This document shows, in pieces, positions 51,600 to 64,000 of a DNA stretch of 64,000 nt. The notes beneath the pieces were generated by a model that was given only the letters and a program-made list of their open reading frames with translations, had not been told where the DNA came from and made no database searches. This stretch comes from Dipteris shenzhenensis (taxonomy: Eukaryota): NCBI GenBank assembly GCA_047967505.1, contig CM106538.1. The stretch is one strand, 5' to 3'. The translations under genes were made by a program, and so were the position numbers. Numbering within the stretch: position 1 is the stretch's first letter; the number at the start of each line of letters is the position of its first letter.

Positions 51600-52310
51600 T
51601 TGGGTGCATCTAAGGTTCAAAGTGGCTTCAAGAAGGTGACACACCATCAGCATTCTTCTTTAGAGCGGTTAGAGAGAAAAGTATGCTGAGGGAAATCTAG
51701 TGTATGAGGAGTAAAAAATAGTTGAGATTTTCATGTAGCATTTATCTAGCATTGCGATAAGTACTAGGCCAGTTCAAAAAATAAATTACAAGGTAAAGCT
51801 AGATGCATTCCCAAGCAATTTGCATGATAGGTGGTGATGCCTTATGAGGCTTTGTTGTTGCAAAGGCCCTTCTTTGGCGGCTGAGATCAAATATGTTCTT
51901 TGGCTGAGATCAACAACTGAGATCAAATATGTTTTCTCTATGGCTAGAGGTAAGTCACTTGGGCCTGGCAGTATGCCTATTGAGTTCTATCAACATAACT
52001 TGTGGGGGATATGATGGAAGTAATTAGCTGGTGCACTTTTCAAAGAGGTCTGATGCCTCAGAGTCTTAATATGGGTATGACAAATCTCGTTCCTGAGGAG
52101 CAGAATAGATGGTCCATGTCACTGGAGACCTTTATCGATGCTCAATTGTGCGTGTAAAGTTATGGTCAAGGATTTGGCCGATAGAATCAAGCATATTCTT
52201 AGTAGGGTGGTGCATGACAGACAATATGGTTTTGTATATGGAAGGAACATAGAAGATGTCGTTCTAAATATATTATTGGCTATTGATCATGCTATGAATC
52301 ATATTGACTT
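51600..52310 (+). mobile_element. Decayed L1-type LINE ORF2 fragment
   Basis: KSLGPGSMPIEFY; RPLSMLNCACKVMVKDLADRIK…QYGFVYGRNIEDVV. Confidence 0.75.
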
Positions 52311-53229
52311 TTATTATTTCTAGCTTTACAGAGATCATGGTAGCTATATTGCAGCTCGCAAGGCATCTAAGAAGACATCACAAGTACAATCCCAATACAA
52401 AAGAAATTTTGCGAGTGCGCATGGGAGTTAATGAGGGGTATGGACTCAGTATGGTTGGAATAGATGCAAGGGAGATATGAATAGGTTTAAAAGACATCAG
52501 CCTTGCAGGTTGGGAGTCTATATTTGCATGTCACAAATTGGTTTTTGGGCAGAAGCAAATAAAGTCATATCATGTACGTGATGAGTTTTCCGAGAAGCTT
52601 GTGCAGCATCACTATGAAGTCTATCAAGAGGGGCCACCCAATTACAAAATTGGGCTCTTTTTTGCAGAGTCCTTTGCCTTGGAGAACTACAAGTCAATGC
52701 AAAGAGCTAAGGACATGCAACCTTTCACCATTGCATGGGCTCCATTTGCGGAGAGTGCAATGGAACATGATGAGGTCTGAGGGCATCTAGGTGCAAAGTG
52801 CAAGAGGTGGGAAGAGAATATGAGACCTTTACATGGTGTGTTCCCTTCACCCAATGTAAAACCCGTAGTTTCCACAACACTAGTGAAAAATCTATTTTAT
52901 ATGAGCCCAGAATTCCAAAAAAAATAGGAAGATGGCATTGTTGGAATGACAAGTATAGTTGAGATTAGGTTGGGACATATGAAGTCGGCGCTTGATGAGA
53001 AACACCAGGTTCTTGAAGTCATTAGCCAATACTTGTATAGAGCAAAAGGCAAGTGCATAGAGATGAACAGGATGGAAGTTGAACTATTTAGTCTTGGAGG
53101 ATGCTGCTCGAGAACAGTTGTTACAAATGTTCCAAAGATTTCATACCAAAGACGATGCATAGGAACTATAGAAAAGGGTTGACGATGCCAAGGTGAGTCT
53201 CCCAAATAATTTTATTTTATTTTTTATTT

Positions 53230-53520
53230 GTGCTATATAGAACTTAATTTTATCTCTCAGGCATTCTACATAAGCTATATATCTCATACAGTTTGCTATG
53301 TATAATATCTCTTATATATAGCATGTAACCTATTCTTAATGAGCTATATTATATAGCTCATACTATGTGCTATACATTATTTCTATTATATATTGCTTTA
53401 TTTCATCTTTCAAGCATACTAAATGAGCTATATAGCTCATATGTGTGCTATGTACTTTATCTCTGGTATATACACTCACTCTATTCTCTCGGCCTACTGA
53501 ATAAGCTCCATAGGTCATGC
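53230..53520. repeat. ~80-bp tandem array, left part
   Basis: GAGCTATATAGCTCAT.CTATGTGCTATGTACATTAT units; the array continues after 60833. Confidence 0.85.
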
Positions 53521-54787
53521 TGTTGAGAGTTCACGCTCAACATCATGTGATCATGTGTGCATAGCACCATCACGTGATCATATGTGCATAGCACTAACCT
53601 TATAGAGTGCTATAAAGGAAAGGGTTAGATCCCCTAACCCTAACCCTAAAAGGGTTTGTATATATTCTATTTTTTCAACTAATTCTAGTGTACATTTAGT
53701 CATTTGTGGTGTGCTCTCTAGCTGTGCCCTCTCTCCTCATCTCCACTCTTCTCCTCTCCCCTCTTCATATTTTGTCATGGTATTAGAGCTCCCTTGCCTT
53801 CCGCTGAGGCATTGTGATTCTTGAGAGTGTGAGAGAGATTGTGAGATTGAGAGTTCCCTTGAGTGTTCTCCGTGAGAGTCCACTTCCGATGAGAGATCTT
53901 CATCTGTCCATTTGAGAGAAAATTTCCGTCATTCCTTAAGAGATTTCCGTTCATTTCTTGAGTTTCCTTGTGAGGATTTCAATTCATTTTGTGAGACAGA
54001 TCTGTGAGGATTTGTTCTTCTTCTTCTTAGAGCAAGAGATGGTGAATTCTTTGAGTTGAAGAGAGAACAGTTTCTTACTAAGGCTTTGAGAGAGAGAGGC
54101 AACCAACTCCGTCCACACAGCTCTGGCTGCTGTGTATCTCCAGCCCATCAACGGCTTCTAGCTTACCTCTCCAAGCCACGACTACTCATAGCTCCTCACA
54201 TGTAACAGATTTGCCAAGCAACGTCCACGAGCCATGGAGCCAACCTCGCTCGCGATTCGCCTAAGATTCTGCTTCTTTTCATAGAGGTCTCTAAGAAGAG
54301 AATTAGATTCCACGGAGGTGCCTCTTTCAAGCGTCGACATGTTGGAACAAAGGGCGGCAAAAACGCGAGGCCTGTAAGCAAACAGTTACTGCGGGAATTT
54401 CCCCAGTCGCGGATGAGACCGTGCAGGCAACGGCTCGCGAAATGCAATCATATCCGGAGCGTTTTCGTCTCACAATAAAGTCAGTGAACGCGAGCAGCGC
54501 GGACACCGGCCGACACGAGAAGAGGAAGCTATGTGCCGATGGAAATGCGAAACCTTGAGAAAAGCGTCCATCGGCCTTGGGCAAGATCTTGCCGCCATCG
54601 CTGCACAAGAACTTGATGCGAGACCCAGAAAGCTCTTCTCAATCGGCGGCCATTCAACTGTGTACACCAGAAGAGCCTCCATCGGAGAAGACGACAGAAT
54701 CTCGAGATTCCGTCGGCATTTCAGACATTCTGATAACGATTCCGGTCTCCCTCCTTGCGACACGTGGCAGATAGCCTTAGCCACAAC

Positions 54788-55258
54788 TGCCACGTCATCA
54801 ATCTGCCACGTCATCTTATCTGCCACGTGGCAGATAAGCGCCTCATGAATCTGACACGTGGCAACCTCGTCATCGGCCACATAAGCAGTCCACGTCATCC
54901 ACATCATCACCGACTGCCACATCATCAGTGCCACGTCACCTGTGCCATATCATCAGTGCCACGTCACCTATGCCACGTCATCAGTGCCACATCACCTGTG
55001 CCACGTCATCAGTGCCACGTCATCAGTGCCACATCACTTGTGCCACATCACCTGTGCCACGTCACGTGCCACGTCATCAGTGCCACGTCACCTATGCCAC
55101 GTCATCAGTGCCATGTCATCAGTGCCACATCACTTGTGCCACATCATTAGTGCCACATCACCTGTGCCACGTCATTAGTGCCACGTCACCTGTGCCATGT
55201 CATCAGTGCCACATCACCTGTGCCACATCATCAGTGCCACCTCAGCACTGCCACCTCA
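54788..55258 (+). repeat. 14-bp tandem array of TGCCACGTCA (G-box/Hex-like) in the copia leader
   Basis: About 25 NNNNTGCCAC(G/A)TCA units at 54911-55258; perfect 24-bp palindrome CTTATCTGCCACGTGGCAGATAAG at 54815-54838. Confidence 0.9.
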
Positions 55259-56195
55259 GCAATCCAGTCAGCACTGACCCTCTCCAGACACAGTCCCTTG
55301 CCAGGCACACTGTGAACATTCCTGCCACCTCAGCACAGAGCTTCACTGGCACACCTCTTGCAAAGCACAGTGCCACATCATCACTGCATGTGACTCACAT
55401 TGACACATCATCATTGAGCACCATTTGCACTCCTTTTGCCCCTCCACCTAGATCAAGTCATATCTCTTGATCCAGGAAGAATTTGAGGGTACTCCAAAAA
55501 GGAAAGTCGCTCGATTTTTTGTGCTCTACGCGCTCGTTACATCGCGCGCACATTTCGGCACAAGTTACACTCACATTTGAGCCTCGCCGACAAAACCACT
55601 TCCTTCACGCACATTTGCCTCTACATTGATGCATCTGACCCAGCACTTAAAAAGAACAAAAGAAAAGGAATTATTTATTGCTCTTTCATCAATCGACGGT
55701 TGGTTTAGATCTAGATCAGAGTAGACTAGATCGCCATAGAGGGGACGCTTTGAATTCCCCAAGTTGCCAATCTAAGCCATGCCCGAAATTCTTGACTAGT
55801 ACCTACTCGGAGTCAGTCCATACGCTCACATCCGATTTCACATCATTACATTACCTGAAACCTTACGTTCATCAGTTCAGTGAGCAGACTTCAGAGTTCA
55901 GAGGCATTGCAGATTGATTCAGTGGGCAGATAGCACTTGATTTCACACACACATGCCACCATTGTAAAGCCTATTTGGCTATCTCACGGCATCGTGCACA
56001 TCATTTTTCAGCCTTGTAAAGCCTCTTGGCTATTCCCGGCATCATTGCCACAAGCCTTGTAACACAGATCATATCTTATTTACTGCAGTTCTATCTTCAC
56101 CGACGGTACAGAGATTTCACTTGGCATCTTCAGTGTATTTGCAGTTGATTCATACAGAGTTTTCCAGGACACTTTTTGAGTACATTGTTTGCACC

Positions 56196-59100
56196 ATGTC
56201 GACTAGCAACCTCAATCTTGAGGCATCTGCTAAGTTAGACAACTCCAATTACGGTACATGGAAATACCGAATGGAGACCATTCTTGTGCTTTAGGACAAA
56301 TGGGAGTAAGTCGATGGATCTATACCTAGACCATTGGCCGATCCAGCCACCAGTAGCTCTACTCCATCTGTTGTCACAGCACCAGCAACGGGATCTACAT
56401 CGGGATCTACATCTACACAAACAGTTTCCGCACCAGTAGCAGATCCTGCCATTGCCCGAGCTCAAGCAGAATGGGATAAGAAAGACAAGTATGCCTATCA
56501 CCTGATCAAGCAGAATGTGCAAGATGTCATGCTAGGATAGCTCAACACAGTGAAGACATCAAAAGAAGCATGGGATATGTTCGCAGCTCTCTACGAGTCC
56601 AAGAACACATCCAGGATTCTCACCCTGAGAAACCAAATCAACCAGAGTTTTCGCAATAGCAATGAAACCGGTCATGCTTATGTACTCCACATCAAAGACT
56701 ACAACAATCAACTTGCAGCAGTAGGAGAGACTATGAATCCCTCAGAAATGGTTCAAGTAATCCTGAATGGACTAGGAGAAGGATATGAGAATCTAGTCCA
56801 GAGTATTGCCATCCAGTATTGCCATCCAGTATTGCCATCCAACGGCAAATTCCAACACTGGAAGAACTTCAGTCAGTTCTACTTGGTGAAGAACTCAGGA
56901 CTCAGGCCATTCAAGCACGTAAAGGTCATTCTAATGATCAGGCATTCACAGCTTCAGACAGAAGCAGAGGCAAAGGCAGAAACAGAGGTAGATCATATCA
57001 GAAAAGTGGTCATCATCAACAAAATCAAAGTCAGAATCAGCATTAGCATCAGCATCATCCTCAGCAACATCAGAATCAGCAAAGAGAAAATCATTCCAAC
57101 CGAGGAAGATTTCAAGGACGAGGGAATGCATCCACCAATGTGTCAAACATTCAATGCAACTATTGTCACAAGTTTGGACACTATGAAAGAGATTGCCGCA
57201 AGAAGTAGTACGACCAAGGCGGTCAATCCAGCAGTAATCCGAGGGAATTCCCGAGGAAGAGGAAATCATCGTGGTGGACATTCTAGTCACAGTCATTTTG
57301 CAAATGAACATGGAAATATGTTTCTTGCAAGTGAGGAATTGCATCAGATTGATACAATGCATCTAGACACTGATTTCAATCCCAAAGAGGATTTCAGCTA
57401 TCAAGTCGACCAAGTGGAATAGGATCCTTGGTACATCGACAGCGGTGCATCATCTCATATGACAAATCACCAGGAATGGTTCACAGAAATGAAGCCATTA
57501 GAAGGTCAAAAGAATGTCATTTACACAGCAGACAATACACCGAATCCGGTTCAAGGGACAAGTGTTATCCCTATGAACAATTTCACTGGTACAAAAGGAT
57601 TAGTCAAAGATGTGCTCTATGTTCCGAAGCTCAGTAAGAACCTTTTGTCAGTAGGTCAAATGACGGAACACAACTACAAAGTCATCTTCGATGGTGATGA
57701 ATGCACTATCAGAGACAAATCCAAAAGAGGTCAGCTAGTAGCAAAAGGTGTCAAGGAAGGATGCTTATACAGGATGCTAGCTACAGTACCAGATAAGCAT
57801 GCCATGTCAGCTCAAATGCAACAGATGCCACTATCTGCAAAATGGCACAAGAGATATGGTCATGTCAACTTCAAGTACTTGTTAGATCTTAGGAATCAAA
57901 ATATGGCAATTGGGATTCCGAAGCTACAGTTTCTTGGAAAGGTTTGTGAAGCATGCTACTTCGGCAAACAAAAGCGAACCAACTTTGTCAGAAGTACCTC
58001 TCGTGCACGAGGTATTCTTGGTTTGATTCATATAGATGTATGGGGTTATGCCCAGACCCGCAGCATCAATGGTTCACTTTATTACTTGACCTTCATCGAC
58101 GACTATAGCAGATATTGTTGGGTCTACTTTCTGAAAGAGAAATCTGAAGTGTTTGCCAGATTTCAAGAATTCAAAGCCATGGTAGAAAACCAAACAGGCA
58201 GAAATATCAAGGTCATGAGATCAGACAGAGGAGGTGAATACATGTCTTCAGCCTTCATGAATTTTTGCAAAAATCATGGCATTCGAAGACAATTCACATG
58301 TGCAGATACTCCTCAGCAAAATGCAATAGCTGAAAGGAAGAATGGGACTTTAGCAAACAGTGCTAGAGCAATGCTTAGTGAAAAGCATCTTCCGAATCAG
58401 TATTGGGCAGAAGCAATAGCTACAGCTAACTACTTGCTTAATCGGCTTCCTACCGAACCGATACAAGGTATGACTCCTTATGAAGCATTCACTGGACACA
58501 AGCCACGCATTGGGCATCTCCGCATATTTGGTTGCATAGCATATGCCCACATACATGATCATCATCGCAGGAAATTGGATGCGAAGTCATGCAAATGCAT
58601 CATGGTTGGCTACAGTGAAGAAAGCAAAGCATACAAATTGTATGATCCCATCAACCGCAAAGTCATTATCTCCAGAGATGTAATCTTCGATGAGGAATCA
58701 GAATGGAAAACCTCACCTACACAGGAGATAGAAGCATCGACTTCACAGTCACCTACAGAACAGGTTGATGAAGAAGAGCAAGAATTGCCAGCAACACCCC
58801 AATCAGTGCCACAATAGCTCAGACGGTCTACTAGGGAAAGCAGACCACTAGCCAGATTGACATATGCTCAGAAAGGCAAAGCAATTCAGGTGGAAACCAC
58901 CAACTATGCTCTTATGACTACCATCATGGCTACAGAAGAGCCAGTGTACTTTGACGATGCAATAGACAAGCCAGAATGGCAAACTGCTATGAATGAAGAA
59001 ATGGATGCTTTGTATAAAAATAACACTTGGGAATTATGCGACCTTCCACCAAGAAAGAAGGCCATAGCCAACAAATGGGTATACAAAGTGAAGTACAATC

Positions 59101-60488
59101 CAGATGGCAGTATTCAGAGATACAAAGCCAGATTAGTTGCAAAAGGATTTGCACAACAATATGGCCAAGATTATGATGAGACTTATGCTCCAGTAGCAAA
59201 GATGGATTCCATACGGTTCTTGATATCACTAGCAACACTCAATAAATGGAATGTGTATCAGCTAGATGTCAAAAATGCATTTCTCAATGGTTATCTAGAC
59301 GAGGAAGTCTACATGCAACAACCAGCCGGTTATGTTGAACCAGGAAAGGAGAACAAGGTTTGCCATCTCAAGAAAAGTCTCTATGGCTTAAAGCAAGCAC
59401 CCAGAAGTTGGTACAGCAGAATTGACAAGTATTTTGCTGATCTGGGATACATGAAGTCCAATGCAGATCATACTCTCTACTACACATTTCAAGGGGAAGA
59501 TATTACTATTGCACTTTTGTACGTAGATGATCTGATTATGACAGGAAGCAAGGATAGCTTCATCAGAAAACTAAAACAAGACTTATCTGCAGAGTTCGAC
59601 ATGAAAGATCTTGGACTTATGCACTATTGTCTTGGAATTGAGTTCTGGAGAGATTCAGATAGCACATTCATGAGTCAGCTCAAATATGTTGACAGTCTCC
59701 TGAAGAAGTTTCATATGGCAGATTGCAAGATTGCAGCCACTCCCATGGAACAGAGTTTGAAACTTACTAAAGATTCAGAAAAGCCTACAGTCAATGACAG
59801 ATACTACAAGAAACTCATTGGATCTCTTATATATCTGACAATCACACGGCCAGATATTTGTTATGCAGTAAGCTCACTAGCATAGTTTATGGCAAATCCA
59901 AAACAATCTCACTGGAATGCAGCCAAAAGAGTCTTGAGATACATCAGAGGTACAAGACAATTTGGGATAGAATACAGAGGAAGTCATCCACAGTTGCATG
60001 GATACTGTGATAGTGACTATGCTAGAGATCATGAGACCAGGAGATCGACATAGGGATAGGCATTTTTCCTTGGTCAAGGTGCTATATCATGGTTGTCAAA
60101 CAAACAGCCAACTGTTTCTTTGTCTTCGACTGAAGCAGAATATAGGGCACTCACTACAGGTGCATGTGAAGCTATATGGCTCAGAAGACTATTGTCAGAA
60201 ACAGATTACTTTGATGAGTCAAAGCCAACAACAATATACTGTGATAATCAATCGGCTCAAGCATTGGCCAAAAATCCAATATATCACTCTAGAACAAAGC
60301 ACATTGATGTCAGAGAGCACTTCATCAGAGAAAGAGTGTTACTTGGTGACATCACACTGCAGCATTGTGATAGCAAAGAAAATGTTGCAGACATATTTAC
60401 CAAACCACTCGGTAAAGAGCTATTCGAGAAACACTGACTAGCTCTTGGTTTGATGCAGAGGAAGGACATTCCCATTAAAGGGGTGTGA
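56196..60488 (+). pseudogene. Copia gag-pol with stops and frameshifts
   Basis: KLDNSNYGTWK, CNYCHKFGHYERDC, WYIDSGAS, WHKRYGH…CEAC, MRSDRGGEY, LYVDDL, ADIFTKPL. Several in-frame TAG; 13-bp triplication at 56802-56840. Confidence 0.93.
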
Positions 60489-60833
60489 TGGAATGTAATG
60501 CTCAGTCCTTCTTCGATTCCCCAGAATCATCATCTTGAGGGAAGGCCTACTTCATGATGTTGATCTTGAGGGAAGGTGTTGAGAGTTCATGCTCAACATC
60601 ATGTGATCATGTGTGCATAGCACCATCACGTGATCATATGTGCATAGCACTAACCTTATAGAGTGCTATAAAGGAAAGGGTTAGATCCCCTAACCCTAAC
60701 CCTAAAAGGGTTTGTATATATTCTATTTTTTCAACTAATTCTAGTGTACAGTTAGTCATTTGTGGTGTGCTCTCTAGCTTTGCCATCTCTCCTCATCTTT
60801 ACTCTTCTCCTCTCCCCTCTTCATATTTTGTCA

Positions 60834-61810
60834 CATGCTATATGCTATGTACATTATCCTTGCTCTATAGCACTCAATCTATTCTTCCAAGCATACTGTA
60901 TAAGCTATATAGCTCATACTATGTACTATGTACATTATCTCTGCTATATAATAAGCAGTCTATTCTTCCAAGCATACTAAATCAGCTATATAGCTCATGC
61001 TATGTGCTATGTACATTATCCCATTCTATATAGCATGCAATCTATTCATCCAAACATAATGTAGCTACATAGCTCATCATGTGTGCTATGTACATTATCT
61101 ATGCTATATAGCACTCAATCTATTCTCTCAGCCTACGAAATAAGCTACATAGGTCATGCTATGTGCTATGTACATTATTCATGTTCTATAGCATTAAATC
61201 TCTACTTCCAAGCATATTGGATGAACTATATAGCTCATACTGTGTACTATATATATTATCTTTGCTAGATAGCAAGTAGTCTATTCTTCCAAGCATACTG
61301 AATGAGCTATATAGCTCATGCTATGTGCTATGTACATTATCCCATGCTATATAGCATGCAATCTATTCTTACAAACATAATGTAGCTATATAGCTCATAC
61401 TATGTGCTACGTACATTATTTATGCTACATAGCACTCAATCTATTCTTTCAAGCCTACTAAATGAGCTAGATAGCACATGTGTTGTACATTATCTCTGTA
61501 TATAGTATTAATCTAATATTTCAAGCATGTTGAATGAGCTACATAGCTCATGCTATGTGCTATGTGCTATGTAGTACGTTATCCCATGGTATATATCACT
61601 CAATCTATTCTTCTAAACATAATGTAAGAGCTATATAGCTCATACTATGTGCTATGTACATTGTCTATGATATATAGCACTCACTCTATTATTTCAAGCC
61701 TACTAAATGAGCTATATAGCTCGTGTGATATAGCTCATCTAATGTACATTATCTCTGCTATATAGTACTTAATCTAATATTTCAAGCAAACTGAATGAGC
61801 CATATATCAT
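60834..61810. repeat. ~80-bp tandem array, right part (about a dozen units)
   Basis: AAGCATACT(G/A)AATGAGCTATATAGCTCATGCTATGTGCTATGTACATTATC…CAATCTATTCTTCC, repeated. Confidence 0.92.
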
Positions 61811-62674
61811 AACACATCATGTGCTTTTTGTATGGTACACAGCTCATTATTTTTTCTATGACGCACCTAGGTATCATTGCACAAGGTTGGTTAAAATACA
61901 TATGTTTGGAGGTTTTGGGAAAGTTTTGATATTTTGTATATATTCGCAGGTTTCAATTTTAGAAATAGAGAGGATCATTGTGGATGCACAAGCCCACAGG
62001 GATTTTTGCTTACAATTGAAGTCTAGGGCTGAGCTAGGCCCCCATTTTTATTAATCCACACCCACCGGTTGTTGATGGTGTGGGTGGTTTGCTTTTGAAG
62101 GCTGGTGACTACAGCCACTACTCAGCCTGTGGCTTCCCTTTTAGTACTCAGTCATTTGAGGTGTTTGGATTACAACGTGGTCACATGTACCACTTTATAT
62201 TCTTTGCTCATGTAGCAACAGAGATTTGTACGTGTGTACATAGTGCATGTAGGGAGCCCATTTCTGAGAGATCCAAATCAATTCTTAGCATTCCAACTTC
62301 CTGTAGATCTGGTATGTTTTAAATTATATGTGGTTTTTTCATTGTAGCAAGTTGGTTGTTAAATTATTGAAGTTTTGTCATGTTCATGTGCAGATGGCCA
62401 ACTTGATCCTAAGTTTACTTCTCCCGATGGCAAGCACGTGATGCCTATTACAAGTGTATATTGTGATAATGTCCTCAACGGTTCTTAGTGTCCATTTTTC
62501 TGTAATAGTACTTTCACTATTAATTTTGTAATGTAGGTAAAGGAGGATCTATGGGTGGAGATGTAAGAACACTTAAGAGAGGGAGGACCAGTGACATGGA
62601 CTCGACTTTTATATGTAGTAGTCGTGACCACTCTGTGTTTGTGGAGTTCAGCCATGGTCCAAGAGACATCGTGT

Positions 62675-63300
62675 ATGGTTGAAGGTGTGAATCTTTAACA
62701 TTCATAATTTCATACATGTTCATCCTACTAGAGGATCTGGTATCAGTTGAATATGATCTCCAAATGGATTTTTAGGCTCAAAGAAATTAAAAATAAGAAA
62801 GTAAGCATTGCAATACCTTGAAGCCAGATTGACTAGAATAATGAAGGAGAAGGAATCATTATAGGTTGATGGAGGTGATGAGTTGGATGGCTCAAGAGGG
62901 CAAGGCAGGCGCAAGATGTGGAGGAGCTTGGGGAGACTCCTCTTGGACTAGTGGAGGTAGCTGATGATGACATTTCCTCATGTGTGGTTGAAGGTATGAA
63001 TCCTTAACATTCATAATTTCATACAATGTTCATCCTATTTTGAGGATTGTCGTATCAGTTGCTTATGATCTCCAAATGGACTTGTAGGCTTGGACAAATC
63101 AAAAAGAAGAAAGCAAGCATTGCAATCTGCTAAAGCTAAAGGGGAGGCTAGAAGGGTGGTGACTAGAAGAATGTACGAGAAGGAATTGTTACAAGAGGAT
63201 GGAGGTGATGAGGAGTTGGCAAGCTCAAGAGGGTGGGCATTAGATGTTGAGGATCCTGAGGATGCTCCCATTGAACCACTGGATGTCACTAATGATGACA
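62675..63300. repeat. ~310-bp diverged tandem duplication
   Basis: TGGTTGAAGGT.TGAATC.TTAACATTCATAATTTCATAC…GATGGAGGTGATGAG…GCTCAAGAGGG at ~62675 and ~62985. Confidence 0.85.
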
Positions 63301-64000
63301 TTACATTATCTCAATTCACACAAAAAAGACCCTTGAAGCATAGAGCTCAGGGCAATGGAATGTCATTGAAATGTAATGAACTTCCATGACATTGAATACA
63401 TTGTATGCGAGTAGTTATTTGCAAGTTACTTAGATGAGCATCCCAATAATGTAGCTTGCAAGAGCTTTTTGCAATATAACAAAGATGTGCCATGTTTGGT
63501 GAATCATCATCCAGCATGTGTTCCATCCTCTCCATGTTTGTCTTGTTTGATGTGTTTCAATAATATTGAGATAATATTTAAGGCAAGTTATGTGTTGCCC
63601 AAAAATGCAATGTGCATGCAATTACTATGCGCAATGCAAATGATTTGAATGATGATTCACATGCAGGAAAGATCATGTGGTAGAAAGAAAAAGAGTGTCA
63701 TGCATTTTATCATCAATAATGCAGAAATGAAACTCCTTGATAATTTGGTCATCCACAAAGTTGTGGTGATAAGCAATATGAACAAGGATTGTACAAATCT
63801 AAATGCCAATGCATGGATTGAATTTCATTTTGGACTTTAAACGAGTAATTCCCTACAAAATCTATAACAGACACAATGACATCTGAAGGGAAATTCTTCA
63901 AACACTCCCTAAATTGGTCCAGCTACCATTTGTATATGAAGTTGTGTCTAAAGAAAGTGGTTGTGTGTTTTCTTTAACATGGAGAACATGACATTAAATG

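Larger units (their letters stand above)
53521..60833 (+). mobile_element. Full-length Ty1/copia LTR retrotransposon (defective)
   Basis: 257-bp LTRs at 53521-53777 and 60577-60833 (6 differences by my count). CATGC TSD at 53516-53520 and 60834-60838. PBS TGGTATTAGAGC at 53778-53789; PPT GAGGGAAGG before the 3' LTR. Confidence 0.97.
52330..63350 (+). pseudogene. Putative decayed multi-exon gene with a coiled-coil and RING-like zinc finger
   Basis: Donor AAG|GTGAGT at 53193 and acceptor TTCGCAG| at 61949 join DA*EL*KRVDDAK to VSILEIERIIVDAQAHR. YSACGFPF…LQRGHMYHFIFF…CTCVHSACREPI at ~62110-62260. Further GT/AG sites at ~62312 and ~62393. Outer limits uncertain. Confidence 0.45.

Noticed and set aside
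54755-55470. His/Cys-rich repetitive ORFs resembling metal-binding proteins
   Set aside because: By-products of the 14-bp DNA array in the copia leader.
60834-61810. Regularly spaced repeats resembling a CRISPR array
   Set aside because: Whole units are homologous, there are no unique spacers or cas genes, and the context is eukaryotic.

Overview
Eukaryotic, TE-dominated land-plant DNA; a non-seed plant such as a fern is my inference from the TE repertoire, not something proven. Two intact spliced host genes are missed by the ORF track, both on the minus strand: a 4-exon PAR1-family secreted protein (16958-17797) and a 4-exon URM1 ubiquitin-related modifier (30097-30822). The left part is a three-level nest. 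A decayed chromodomain Ty3/gypsy element was hit by an 8-bp-TSD MITE and by a ~9-kb TIR element with a 4-bp TAAT TSD (Sola-like), and the latter contains a very young Ty1/copia. The right part has two related copia copies in opposite orientation, LINE fragments and a decayed CACTA transposase followed by a complete, intronless, decayed non-RD protein kinase ORF (candidate transposon-borne kinase). It also has a decayed coiled-coil/RING gene whose predicted intron holds an ~80-bp tandem array plus a full-length copia with a G-box/I-box array in its leader. All alignments and translations were done by eye; no database searches were run.
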